From Stegostoma tigrinum (Eukaryota), in the NCBI RefSeq assembly GCF_030684315.1, contig NC_081387.1:20146678-20210677 (forward strand): a stretch of 64,000 nucleotides of DNA. The letters are read 5' to 3'. The stretch's first letter is position 1. The number at the start of each line of letters is the position of its first letter. Both the position numbers and the translations under genes were made by a program. Below are positions 49,500 to 60,704 of this stretch, in pieces. Below the pieces are notes generated by a model that was not told the DNA's origin, made no database searches, and saw only the letters and a list, made by a program, of their open reading frames with translations.

Positions 49500-50800
49500 A
49501 TTACCACAATTCAACGAATGCTCTTTCGACCATCTGTGGGTGCGGAAGTTTGAGTGATGAAGAAAATAAATTGTCAGGAATTCGAGAAAATTTAAAACAT
49601 GAAAAGAGAAGTGGAGCACTTAAACAGGACAGTACCATGTTGGTGGAGTGTATAGTAATGTGGGAGTTGAGGTTTATTGCAGAGAACTGTGAGGTGATAC
49701 ACTTCAGTACAAGGAACATGGGGTGACATAAATTGAAATATTCCAAAGTGTGTTGGAGCAGAGAACCAGGATGCATATAAGTCATTAAAATTGGAAGGAC
49801 ATTGAGACAGAGAGCTGTTAACCAAGCATGCTGCATGTTAGGTTTCATAGAGTACAAATGTATGGACTTTATGATGAACATATTCAGAACAATGGTTGGA
49901 GATCAGTTGCGGTACAATGCTGGGCGTCACATATTGAAGAAATGTGAATGTATAAGAAAAGCGTGCAGAAGAGGTCTAGGCAAATGGGATTGGAAAGTTC
50001 ATTTTTTTGGAAAGACTTTCGGTGTTAATCTTATTTTCCTTGGAAGCAAAGAGTTTAAGAGCAGATTTCATAGAAGTTTCAAAATCATGTAAGAGATTGA
50101 AAGGCGACCTTGTAGAAGTTTATAAAATAATGAAGGGTATAGATAGGTTAATGGTCGTTGTTCCCCCCCAACCACCCCGCCCCCGAAAGGGTGATATAAA
50201 AGTCAGGGGACACATTTTTAAGGTGAGAGAGAGGTTTAGAAAAGACATGAGGGCAGTTTTTTGCAGGGAGGGCGGTTTACATGCGGAATGGATTTACGGA
50301 GGCAGTGGTGTATGTGGGTACAATGACAGTGTTTAAAAAGCATTTAGATGTGTACATGAATAGGAAACGTTTGAAAGAATACGGGCTAGCATCAAGCAGG
50401 TGGGATTTGTTTAGTTTGGGATTCTATTCGGCATGGACCAGTTGGACCAAAAAGTCTGTTTCCGTTCCATTTGACTCAATGACTCTGTGAGGGGTGTGGA
50501 AAAAAATGATAGCGAGGAATTGTTCCTGTGTGGAAATGGACTGAGACTGAGAGGGCACATGTTTAAAGTATTTGATGATGCATGCAAATGCGAGGAGAGA
50601 ACTATTGTTCACACACCAAGTAGTTGAGGCTGATTCAGTTGAGCATTCAAGACGGCCCCGGATGTTTGTTCAAATAGAAAATTGTGCACAGAAAGAGACT
50701 GAATTTAAGTTCAAATGCTCAAAGAACCAGTGCAGATATGAATAGGTGAATGATACCTTTTGGCACGCTAACAATTCTGAGATTCCGCGAAGGCTTGGCA
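49500..50800 (+). mobile_element. Nested CR1 fragments
   Basis: LKGDLVEVYKIMKGIDR, FKKHLDVYMNRK. Confidence 0.75.
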
Positions 50801-50942
50801 AGTTGGTGGTACACACATTGCAGTTTGAACTAATGCTATATGATCTTATTTAAACATATGCAGCTCTAATGGATGCTGAGAATATGTTTTCCTTTCTAGA
50901 ACCAGCGCTCGCCTTAAAAAGAAACATTAGGGATCAAATTCA

Positions 50943-51250
50943 GGGCGGCACGGTGGCTCAGTGGTTAGCACTGCAGCCTCACAGCGCCAGGGACCCAGGT
51001 TCGATTCCAGCCTCGGGCGACTCTCTGTGTGGAGTTTGCACGTTCTCCCCGGGTCTGCGTGGGTTTCCTCCGGGTGCTCCGGTTTCCTCCCACAGTCCAA
51101 AGGTGTGCATGCTAGGCGGATTGGCCAGTGGTGTTCAGAGGTGTGTGGGTTATAGGAGGATGGTTCTGGGTGGGATGCTTCAAGGGCAGTGTGGACTTGT
51201 TGGGACAAAGGCCCTACTTCCACACTGTAGGGAATCTAATGTAATCTAAA
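50943..51250 (+). mobile_element. HE1-type tRNA SINE, well preserved
   Basis: GGGCGGCACGGTGGCTCAGTGGTTAGC (A box), GGTTCGATTCC (B box), V-SINE core, CR1-like tail. Confidence 0.92.
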
Positions 51251-51645
51251 TGTTCAAAATGGCACTGAGGAGAACGTTATTCTTTCAAAAAGTTGTTAAT
51301 CTGTGGGTTTTTCTGACGCAGCGACTAGCGGCGACGTTGAATCATTTCCAGCCTGAGTTAGTCTCTGGATGAAATGAGAGTAAAATGGAATCGTGGGAAT
51401 TAGGATAATTTTGAGTGGTTTTGAGGTACTGAGTGCATAATTGGATCCGCCATGATTTTATGAAATGTTACAGTTGATGCAGGAAGCGTTAAATTTTTCT
51501 GGTCCTAATGCACGTCTTCAAATGGAATAAAATGCAAGGATATCCACGCCAGGCACCTTTAAAATGGAAAAAAGATGATCCATTTTTGTTTTAGTAAATC
51601 ATACATGTCGTGTTATATTACAGTTCTCTCGTTTTATAACTGCAG

Positions 51646-51753
51646 TAACAATCCAGGCAGAGTTCGGAAAAGGGAAAATGTGCTGTAAAATATTAATAGA
51701 CAATGAATGCGAAAAGATAGAAAGTGGGCGTATCAACAATAAAGATGTCGAAT
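51646..51753 (+). CDS. Gene B exon 2, short Cys-rich ectodomain (VTIQAEFGKGKMCCKILIDNECEKIESGRINNKDVE)
   Basis: 108-nt open phase 1-1 exon, ctctcgttttataactgcag| ... T|gtaagt. The junction T|GT makes a fourth Cys. I found no Ig exon between leader and TM. Confidence 0.68.
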
Positions 51754-52082
51754 GTAAGTAGCAATTCAAGAAACCAATTTTTAGTATGCATGATTAAATT
51801 TGAAGCTTTTTTCCCCCATGATAAGGAAATGCAAGAAAATTCTGTTCTGACTCTAGAAGTTAGTCAACTGTCATGAAACGCGAGGCTAACATTGTCCTGA
51901 AGACACGGAAGATCTGTTGAAGTCCAACTTGTTTATTAGCAACTGACAGAAAAGAAGGGAGTTGAGTAATCGCAGAAGTGTTGGTGATGACGAGCACAAG
52001 AGTAGAAACAGCTCTTGATGTTGCCACATCACAGAGATAACTTTCCATTTAGTTGCTCCCAAGCACCTCTCCTAGTTTAAGG

Positions 52083-52325
52083 CATGGAGCTGGATGAACA
52101 CAGTAGGCCAAGTAGCATCTTAGGAGCAGGAAAGCTGACGTTTCTGGCCTAGACCCTTCATCACCTGACGTTTCGGTCCTAGACGCTGCATCATTTTCTG
52201 ATGAAGAGTCTAGGCCCAAAACGCCAACTTTCCTGATCCTAAGATGCTGCTTGGCCTTTTGTGTTCATCTAGCTCCACACCTTGTTAACGCAGACTCTCC
52301 AGCATCTGCAGTTCCTACTATCTCT
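52083..52325. mobile_element. Penelope-derived hairpin
   Basis: Inverted arms; flanks tctcctagttt. Confidence 0.8.
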
Positions 52326-53049
52326 CCTAGTTTGACGTAGTAATACACCTGCCCACCGCGTTTTGACCTTTGGCATTCTGCTTTCTGATACTGATTCTTG
52401 CTAAGGAATTCCTGCCGCAGACGCTGATTCCCTTTCGCACGTCACAGTTAAGAAGCACTGAGGTTGAAATCACTGCCCGATCCTCCAGGAAGTCGGGAAT
52501 TGCTGGCGGAACGCAGTTTGTCTGGTTGCACCTGTGGAAAGAGAACAGAATTAACTTTTCGAGTACGCTGAATCTGCTTTGCAGAGTTTCACCAGCGATT
52601 TCTGTTTCCCCTTCCGATCTCCAGAATCCGCAGTGCTTCGTTTTATTTTTCTACCAAAAACGTGTGCACTGCCCGGGAATCTTGCATGATACCACTACAC
52701 CAACAGCGCATACGCGCATGGTCCTGAATTCACTTAACTTCAAGCACTGTTTTTCAGCGCGCTTTTGGATTTGGCGTGTATTTGCCTTCGCTTTTCTGCA
52801 TGCTATCTTAAACTTCAGTACCAGATCCACAACGCCCCTTACTTATTTTGCCCATTTCTCTTGTTACTGGTTCTGGATGGCGCCTGGAGGGAAGCATCGA
52901 GATTTCACTGATGCAATGCATTTCTGGCAGGAAAACAAATGTGTCTCACTGATCTGTGAACTTTTGTTTTAAACAGAAGCTGCGTGATCTCATCGATCAG
53001 TTGTTTTCAACATGAATTTCAACTTCTGCGGTCATACTATTAATTGCAG

Positions 53050-53160
53050 GTGTCATAGTGGAAAAAAAGACTGTCATCACACCAATTTTGCTGGGCGCTC
53101 TGGCATTGATAGGTCTGCTGATTATATTCTTGACAGTTCGAGGGCTGCGGGCAACGTCAG
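53050..53160 (+). CDS. Gene B exon 3, transmembrane (CVIVEKKTVITPILLGALALIGLLIIFLTVRGLRATS)
   Basis: 111 nt, phase 1-1, ttaattgcag| ... G|gtttgt. ~22-aa uncharged helix followed by RxxR. Confidence 0.82.
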
Positions 53161-53392
53161 GTTTGTATTTTCGTTGCACTCAAGGAAATCTAGTCGAACA
53201 GTAAGAGGTAGTAAGGTCGGGAGTCTTCTTTAGAAATGCAGGAGGAGGAAGGGAGCTCCGAAATGAATAGAGAGGAGGAGTGAAGCTGGGGAAGTAGGTG
53301 GGATGATTATAGGCTAGTGCAGGTAGGCAGTGGTGAGGATTGATCAGTGAGGTGTGGGTAGCGGACAGGTGGGATAAAAGAGAGCAGAGCTG

Positions 53393-53588
53393 GGTGGTAC
53401 GGTGGCTCAGTGGTTAGTAGGGCTACCTCAAAGTCACCAATAGTTCGGGGTTCGATTCCAGCCTCGAGCTGGGTTAGACGTGGGGAAATACAGCAGTCGG
53501 GGAATAGGTCTGCGTGAGATGCCCTTTGGAGGGGCAGTGTGGGCTAGTTGGGCCGAATGGCCTGTTTCCACGCTGTAGGGATTCTCTG
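53393..53588 (+). mobile_element. HE1-type SINE, internally deleted
   Basis: A/B boxes and tail present. Confidence 0.7.
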
Positions 53589-53784
53589 AAAGGGTTGTTG
53601 TGCCTTATTCCATTTACGCACTCAGTACACGGACGATTATTTGAGTTCCCGTCAATGATGCTGACCATTGTAGAATCATCAATGAATTTATCCACTTCTG
53701 GTGAGACGGTTGAAGATGGTTGCGCCTTGGACACTAAACCTGAGGAATATCTGCTGATATAGTTCGGGCTCGGATAACAAGGAA

Positions 53785-56700
53785 AATGAAGTTGCTTAGG
53801 CCCCTCATGGTTTTACAAACCTCAATTAGGTCACCCTGCTGTTTCCGACCCTCCAGTGAAAATATCCCCAGCCTGGTCAGACCATCCAGCCCCGGCACCC
53901 TCTCAAGTTTAACAGCATTCTTCGTCTCGAAGGGCGTCCAGAATTGTATGCATTACAATTCCAAACGTGGCTTCACCAATTCCCTGAACAGCTTGCAACA
54001 TGACATCCCAACTCTTAAACACGATTTTATGACCAAGCTTGCCATAAGCTACCTTCACCAGCCTGTTTAGCTGCAACTCCACTTTCAAGGACTTATGCCC
54101 GCTCTCCTTGTTTGGCAACACTCCTCAGCGACCCCCCCGCCCACCCCGTTTAATTGTATAAGTCCCACCCTGATTTGTCTTACCAACTGCAACACCTTAC
54201 GTTTATCCAAATTAAACTCCAATTGCCACTCGTTGGTCCGTTTGATCAACATCCTATGGCAATCTGTGATAATCTTCTTCACTGTCCACTGCTCCACCTA
54301 TTTCGGTGTCATCTGCAAATTTACTGACCATACCTCATGTATTTACATTTAAATTATTTACCTAAATGAGAAAAAGCAGCGGACCTAGCAATGATCCTTG
54401 TGGCATACCACTGGTCACAGGCCTCCAGTCCAAAAATAAACGCTCCACATCCCCAACCCGTCTCCTATCGTCAAGCCGATTTCGTACCCAATTGCTGGAT
54501 TCCCCTGGATTCTAAGTGACCTAACCTTACTAACCATACTACCATGCGGAACCTTGTCAAAGATTTTGTTGAAGCCCAAATAAACAATGCCTGTTTTTCT
54601 GCTTTAACCAACCTTCTTTGTCACTTCTTCAAAAGACTTCAGTCAAGTTTGTGTGACAGGATTTCCCGCGGACTAAACCATGCTGACTATCCCTAACCAG
54701 TCCTTGCCTTTCTAACTGCATGTAAATCATATCCATCAGAATCCCTTCCAACAACTTACCCGCCACTCAACGTCAGGCTCACCGAGCTATAGTTTCTCGA
54801 CTTTTCCTCACCGCATTTTTAAAATAATGGCATTACATTAACCATCCTCCATTCTTGTCACACCTTACGAGTGGCTATCGATGATACAAACATCCCAGCC
54901 AGAGGCTCAACAGTCTCTTCCCTAGCTTCCCACAAAGTACCAGGATACTTTCGACCAGGACCTTGGGATTTATCCACCTTTATGTGTTTTAAGACCTCCA
55001 GCACGTCCTCGTCAGAGATACGAATTCGTTTCAAGATATCAAAGCTTATTTCCCTAAAATTTCCTGGTTTCCAAGTCCTTCTCCAAGCAAACATTGACAT
55101 GAAATAGTCATAGTATTCACCCATCGTCTGTGGTTCCACAAGCAGACGGCTACGCTGATATTTAGGGGACCATATGCTGTCCCAGTTACTCTTTTGCACC
55201 TAATATAACATCTCTTTTGATTCTCATTAAATGTATTTGCCAAAGCTGTCACTTATATCCTTTTGCCTTCCTGTTTCCCTCTCAGAAATACTTCTCCCGC
55301 CCTTACACTTTTCTCCGGATTCGCTCAATCCTAGCTGTCTATATCTGATGTATACTTCCTTCTTTTTCTTGATCAGAGCTTCAATTTCTCCAGTCATCCA
55401 GTATTCCCTGCATCTACCAGTCTCGTCCTTCACGCTAACAGGAATATACTGTCTCTGAACTCATGTTATATCATTCTTAAATGGCTTCCACTTCCCAACC
55501 ATCCCTTTACCTGCGAATGGCTTTCCCCAATCAACTTTTGAAACTTCCTGTTTAAAACCGACAATATTGGCCTCACTTCAATTTAGAACTTATAACTTTT
55601 GCGACACTTCTGTCCTTTTGCAAGACTACTTCGAAACTAATAGAATTATAATCACTTGTTCACAAGTGCTCCTTCACTGGCACCTCCGCCTCTTGTCCTG
55701 CCTTGCCAGCAGAAAACCTACCTACCAACCTCATCCCGCCCCCTTGACCTGTTAGTCCTCTCCGGGCTGACCCATCCCCTCCCTAACTCTCCACCGACAC
55801 TCACCTCTACTGACTCCATCCCCGCCTCTTTAACTTGTCTGTCTCCTCTCCACCTATCTTCTCCTCTATCCATCTTCGATCCGCCTCCCCCTCTCTCTCT
55901 GTTTATTTCAGAACCCTCACCCCCTCCCCCTTTACTGCTGAAGGGTCTAGGCCTGAAATGTCAGCTTTTGTGCTCCTAAGATGCGAAAGTTTTCTTGTAC
56001 ATGTTTAACCTCCCTTAACGGTACGGCAGTCCCATACTTTCTTTGGAAATTAAAATCCTTCACCATTACAACCAAATTATTCTTACAAATATCTGAGATC
56101 TCCTGACATATTTGTCCTTTTTTTGCGTACAGGACACACTTGGGCAGTTTTCCACACTGTTGGGGAAATGACAATGCAGTGGCTGCACTGGAGCAGCTCA
56201 GTGAGGGGGGGGGGGGGGGGTGGTGACAAGTTCTGGAGTCCAACTCTTCAGTTAAGGAATATTGCAGGGCCCTAGCCTTTGCAGTATACAATGCCTCCAA
56301 CAGTTTCTTGACACTGAATTGGCTGAAAACTTGCATCTGTGATGCTGGGATCACTGATACTTGCAGAAATGGATCTTCCGCTCAGCACTTCTATCTTAAG
56401 GTTGATGCAAATGCTTCAGCCTTATCTTTTGCACTAATGTACTGATCCCTTCTACCATTGAAGATGGAAATATTTGTGCAGCCGTGTCCTTCTCCAGTAT
56501 GTTATTCAATTGCCCATGACCTTCACGCTGGATATGGCAAGACTGCTCATCTTAGATCTGATCAATTGGTTGTGAGATCACTTAACCCTGTTTATCAGTT
56601 GCTGCTTGAGCTGTTTAGCCCACAAGTATTCCTGTTTGCGAACTTCACTAAGTGGGCACCCCATTTGTCTGGATGTCTAATACTACTCCTGAAATTTCCA

Positions 56701-56945
56701 TTAAACCAGGGCTGGACCTCTTGCTTGATGGTAATGGTTAAATATGGGATATGCCAGGCCAGATTGTGTGAGATTACAATTCTGATCCTGTTGATGGCTC
56801 TAAGCGCTTCCTGGATGCCCAGTCCTGAGCTACTAGATCTGTTTAAAGCCTGTTGCATTGGGCATGGTGATAGTGCCACACAATACGGTGGAGCGTGCCC
56901 TCAAAGTGAAGAGTGCCACTTTTACTGATTCTGTCATGGGCAGAT
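53785..56945 (-). mobile_element. Decayed CR1 (53785-55680), Penelope fragment (55700-55985) and family-B LINE fragment (56110-56945) in gene B intron 3
   Basis: HIKVDKSQGP, EWQLEFNLDK, ITIKQEVQPWFN remnants. Confidence 0.8.
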
Positions 56946-56959
56946 TCAGCCATTTCCAA

Positions 56960-57290
56960 CCATTCAATGGTTGGGAAGTCAAGAAAGCAGGGGTCACAGT
57001 CTAGGCATACTGGGGTAAGCAATTTAGGATTGAGATGAGAAGTCTCTTCACCCAGAGAGTGGCGAACCTGTGGAATTCTGTACCACAGAAAGCGACTGAG
57101 TCAAAAAATGCAATGTTTTCAAACAGCAGATCTTTTTTTTTTTAATATCTAAAAGGAGAGAATGTATGGGGAGAAAGAATAAACAGAGTAATTAGTTACA
57201 TGATGAGCCATGATCATACCGAATGGCAGTCCAAACCAGAAGGGTTGAATGGCCGACTGCTTTTCCAACTTTCTGTACTTCTATGTTTAA
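56960..57290 (+). mobile_element. CR1 3' fragment
   Basis: ttcacccagagagtggcgaacctgtggaattc ... ttctatgt tail. Confidence 0.7.
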
Positions 57291-57703
57291 TGAGTCTCCC
57301 TCATGCATGACTTCCAAGTGATAAAACGTTAGTTGCACATTAGTCAAAATAGCACATCTAGCTTTTCTGTTTGATGGGAAATTAAGGAAAAAGTCTTGCC
57401 CAGTGTCACAGAGAAGCAGACCACTAGTTAGTGCTGAGCCTTGGCAGTTTTCTGTGACATCACGATGGCATTCGGATTTAAAGAATCATAGTTTATTTAT
57501 CTACATTATCTGCTTTTCATTTATGTTTGGTAGAATTTAATAGGAACAGAAATCATTTCAATGTTTGTGGTGTTGGGTATGGTATCAGAGAGGAGGTTTC
57601 ATCATTTGTTTTTATTGTCATTTCTGTACCTAAATATACATTGCTGTTATATGGCGTTTTTCCCCAAATGAAATATAATTCTGTTGTGTTCATGTTACCA
57701 CAG

Positions 57704-57732
57704 GTTCCAGGGGTGTAAAACCAACGGCACAA
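57704..57732 (+). CDS. Gene B exon 4 (GSRGVKPTAQ)
   Basis: 29 nt, phase 1-0, gttaccacag| ... CAA|gtaaga. Bridges the phases of exons 3 and 5 exactly. Confidence 0.78.
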
Positions 57733-58499
57733 GTAAGAACTATCAAATGTTTTACACATCAAATTGTTGTGGTGCAATTTTATGTTTCCTGGGGGGAACC
57801 CAAAACAATTTATTTATTGATTTCTTGGTGCGTCCCTGGTGGAGGGTCAAGGAAACATAACTTTGTTTGTATTCATGATATCCATGACATTGAATACCCT
57901 ATGGGCTTTCACAACTATTCCTTACATCTGTTACCTTCCATGAAAATGGATTTAACTCAAAGGCATTTCCGATAATTATGTGGAATTTCTATCTTGACAA
58001 ACACAAGCACATTGTTTAATAATAGTTTTCTGTGGTTAGCATTTCACTACTATTTCATTTTGAATTACATATCATACCAGGATAGGGGCCCAAAGTTTCT
58101 GAGGTTGTGTTGCAATGAATTGAACAAAGATTGGTTTAAAAATCTTGCTGTGTTCAGAAATGTCCAATAATGTTTGGTGCCGTGAAGGGATAGCAAAGTG
58201 GCATTGAAACTGGACGTGATGATTTCTTATTCTCTGAAAATGTAATATGAAATTGGAGCACAATGTTCAGTTTTAATGACATGATAAAACTATAAAAAGA
58301 TCTCATCGAATGATGAACATGAAGCAGTTGTTGACTGTTGCAAGCAAGAGAAAACTCATGCAGTATGGAAAACATAAGTTTACAAAACTGCAGCAATGTC
58401 TTGACCCTTAATGGCTATCTCAAATGGCCTAGGAAGCTATTCAGTGATATCCAACTTACAAAGGGCAATTAGGATGGAGGTTTAATGCTCATTTTGCAA

Positions 58500-59755
58500 C
58501 GAAAATCAAGCTTCACAAGTTTGTTAGAATTCTATAAAGATGTAACCAGTAGAGTTGACAAGGGGAAGCCAGTCATTGTGGTAAATTTGGACTTTCAGAA
58601 AGCATCTGACAAAGCCCCATGTAAGAGATTTTATGTAACATTAAAACACATGGGATTGGGGTAATGTTTTGAGTTTAATAGAAAACTGGTTGATTGGCTG
58701 AGAAGAAACAAAGAATAGAAATTAATGGGCCCATTTCAAATTGGCAAACAGTAACTAAAGGAGTGCAATGGAAATCTGCACTGGGACTCCAGCTATTCAC
58801 AACAAAAAATAATTTGTATGAGGGAACAAAATGCAACATTTAAAAATTGGCAGATTATACCAAGTTTGGTGGGAGGTTGCGCTGTGATGAGGATGCAGAG
58901 ATCCTTCAGCATGATTTGGACAGGTTGGGTGATTGGGCAAATCATTGGCACAAGCAGTACAACAGTGAGGTTATTCACTTTAAAAGCAATAAAAAAAAAC
59001 AAGAAGGCAGATTACAATCTGGCTGGCTGTAAATTGGGAAAGAGGAGTGTGAAGTGGGACCTGGCTGCCCTTGTACACCAGTCACTGAAGGTAGGCACGC
59101 AGATGCCGCAGGCAGTAAAGAAGGCAGATGGTATGTTGGCCTTCATTATAAGAGGTTTCAAATACAGGAGCATTGTTGCAGTTTCACAGAACCTTGGTGA
59201 GGCAGCACGTAAAACATTGTGTGCAGCTTTTGTCTCATTTTCTGAGGTAAGATGCTGTTGCTGACGAGGGAGTGCAACAGAAGTTTACTGGGCTGATTCT
59301 GGGGATGGCAGGACTGATATATGAGGAAAGATTGACTAGATTAGGATTGCTTTCACTGGAGTTCAGACGAGTAAGGGGAGATCTCATGGAGACGTATAAA
59401 ACTCTCTCAGCACTAGATGTATTGTAGATGCAAGGTGGATGCTCTCGGCAATTGGTGTGTCCAGAACCAGGGGTAACAGTCTGAGGTTTCGGAGTAGACC
59501 ACTTAGGGGCGGAGGGAAGGAGAAATGTCTCCACGCAAAGATGGTGAGCCAGTAGCTGATGCCAAAACATTGAATGTATTCAAGGGGCAGCTCGATACAA
59601 GACTTGCGGGAAATGGGATCACAGATTATGCGGAGAAAGCAGGATTAGGCTATTGAGTTTGAAGATCATCTATGATCGTGATGAATAGCGAAGCAGGCTA
59701 GAAGGGTCGAATGGCCTCCTCCTGCTCCTATCTTCCATCTTTCTGTGTTTCTATA
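58500..59755 (+). mobile_element. CR1 LINE 3' half
   Basis: ggactttcagaaagcatctgacaaag, LQHDLDRLGDWA, AVKKADGMLAFI, 3' tail. Confidence 0.85.
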
Positions 59756-59931
59756 AGATATTCTGAACTAATTTAAACAAACAAGTCTCTCTTGAAACCG
59801 AGGGCTTGTAAAGTCTGCGTTAAAACAGGAAAATGTTTCAATTTTAGTCCAAAGTCAATGATGGTGGAAAGTACTAAAGGAACTATCAGTTTTTAACGTA
59901 ATTGATAATTTTAACATTTTAATCCTTCCAG

Positions 59932-60120
59932 GAACGTGTGGCTAAGAAGCCTTCACTGCCTTATGCCCGGTTGAACGTACAACAAACAAGAAGCTCGGGT
60001 AGCAGAGACAGGAATTTAGATGGCGTAGAATACGCCTCAATAACGTCAGAGTGTGTGGACGGGCGCTCCAGATCTCGGCGACCCGAGTTTGAAGATGCCA
60101 TTCCCGGTGGCCAAATGTGA
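59932..60120 (+). CDS. Gene B terminal exon with two ITIM-type motifs (LPYARL, VEYASI)
   Basis: Acceptor ttttaatccttccag|, phase 0, reads ERVAKKPSLPYARLNV...DGVEYASITSE...GGQM*. Both tyrosines fit (I/V/L/S)xYxx(L/V/I). Confidence 0.85.
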   Translation, partial: ERVAKKPSLPYARLNVQQTRSSGSRDRNLDGVEYASITSECVDGRSRSRRPEFEDAIPGGQM

Positions 60121-60270
60121 AAACCCCGCGAAAATCCCGTATCCACGACTGGAAAGACGAGGCAACATTCCAAACTAAAAGAAGATAACTATCAGACGGA
60201 ACATAGGTCGAAAATCATTTTCAGTGGCTTGGCAGGACCTCCCCTCCTCCCTGACATGTCTTGGTCCGGG

Positions 60271-60276
60271 AATAAA
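60271..60276 (+). terminator. Putative polyadenylation signal of gene B
   Basis: First AATAAA, ~150 nt after the stop codon, with T-rich sequence downstream. Confidence 0.5.
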
Positions 60277-60704
60277 GTAACGTATCCATGTTTCGCTAAT
60301 CTGCTGGTTCGTTTTTATTTAATGAAATGCTATATAATCAAGCTAAGGATTCGAACGTTGGATGGTGAAGCGATTTTAGTACACATTTTGTTGTAAGTAT
60401 TATGCATGGCGCCTTCATAGCACCAGGACCGTCCAAATTGTTAGGAAATCTGCATACTATCAGTGGTCTAATCGCTTTTTTTGGAAAACCACTGCGTCAC
60501 TTGCAGCGCTATTTTACATCTGCCAGATTTTCTCCTTACTTGAAGGCGATTTAGATTGACCTTTTGCATCGGGAGATTGAACAAGCAGGCCCTGGGCCCG
60601 ATTATAAACTTTTAATCATCGTTAGGAAGTTTGAATTCTGAAATATCTTTCTAATCTTTGTTTTTGCTGTGGTGTCAGGAACCCACATTATTGACGGAAT
60701 TTAG

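Noticed and set aside
50943-51015. tRNA-like A/B boxes here and at 25078-25150
   Set aside because: SINE heads continuing into repeat bodies, not tRNA genes.
52370-52972. 200-aa plus-strand ORF
   Set aside because: TTG start, crosses a Penelope fragment, intronic, no recognisable domain.
57553-57777. ORF with Ig-like DSSYLC motif
   Set aside because: Antisense to gene B exon 4; no other Ig hallmarks.
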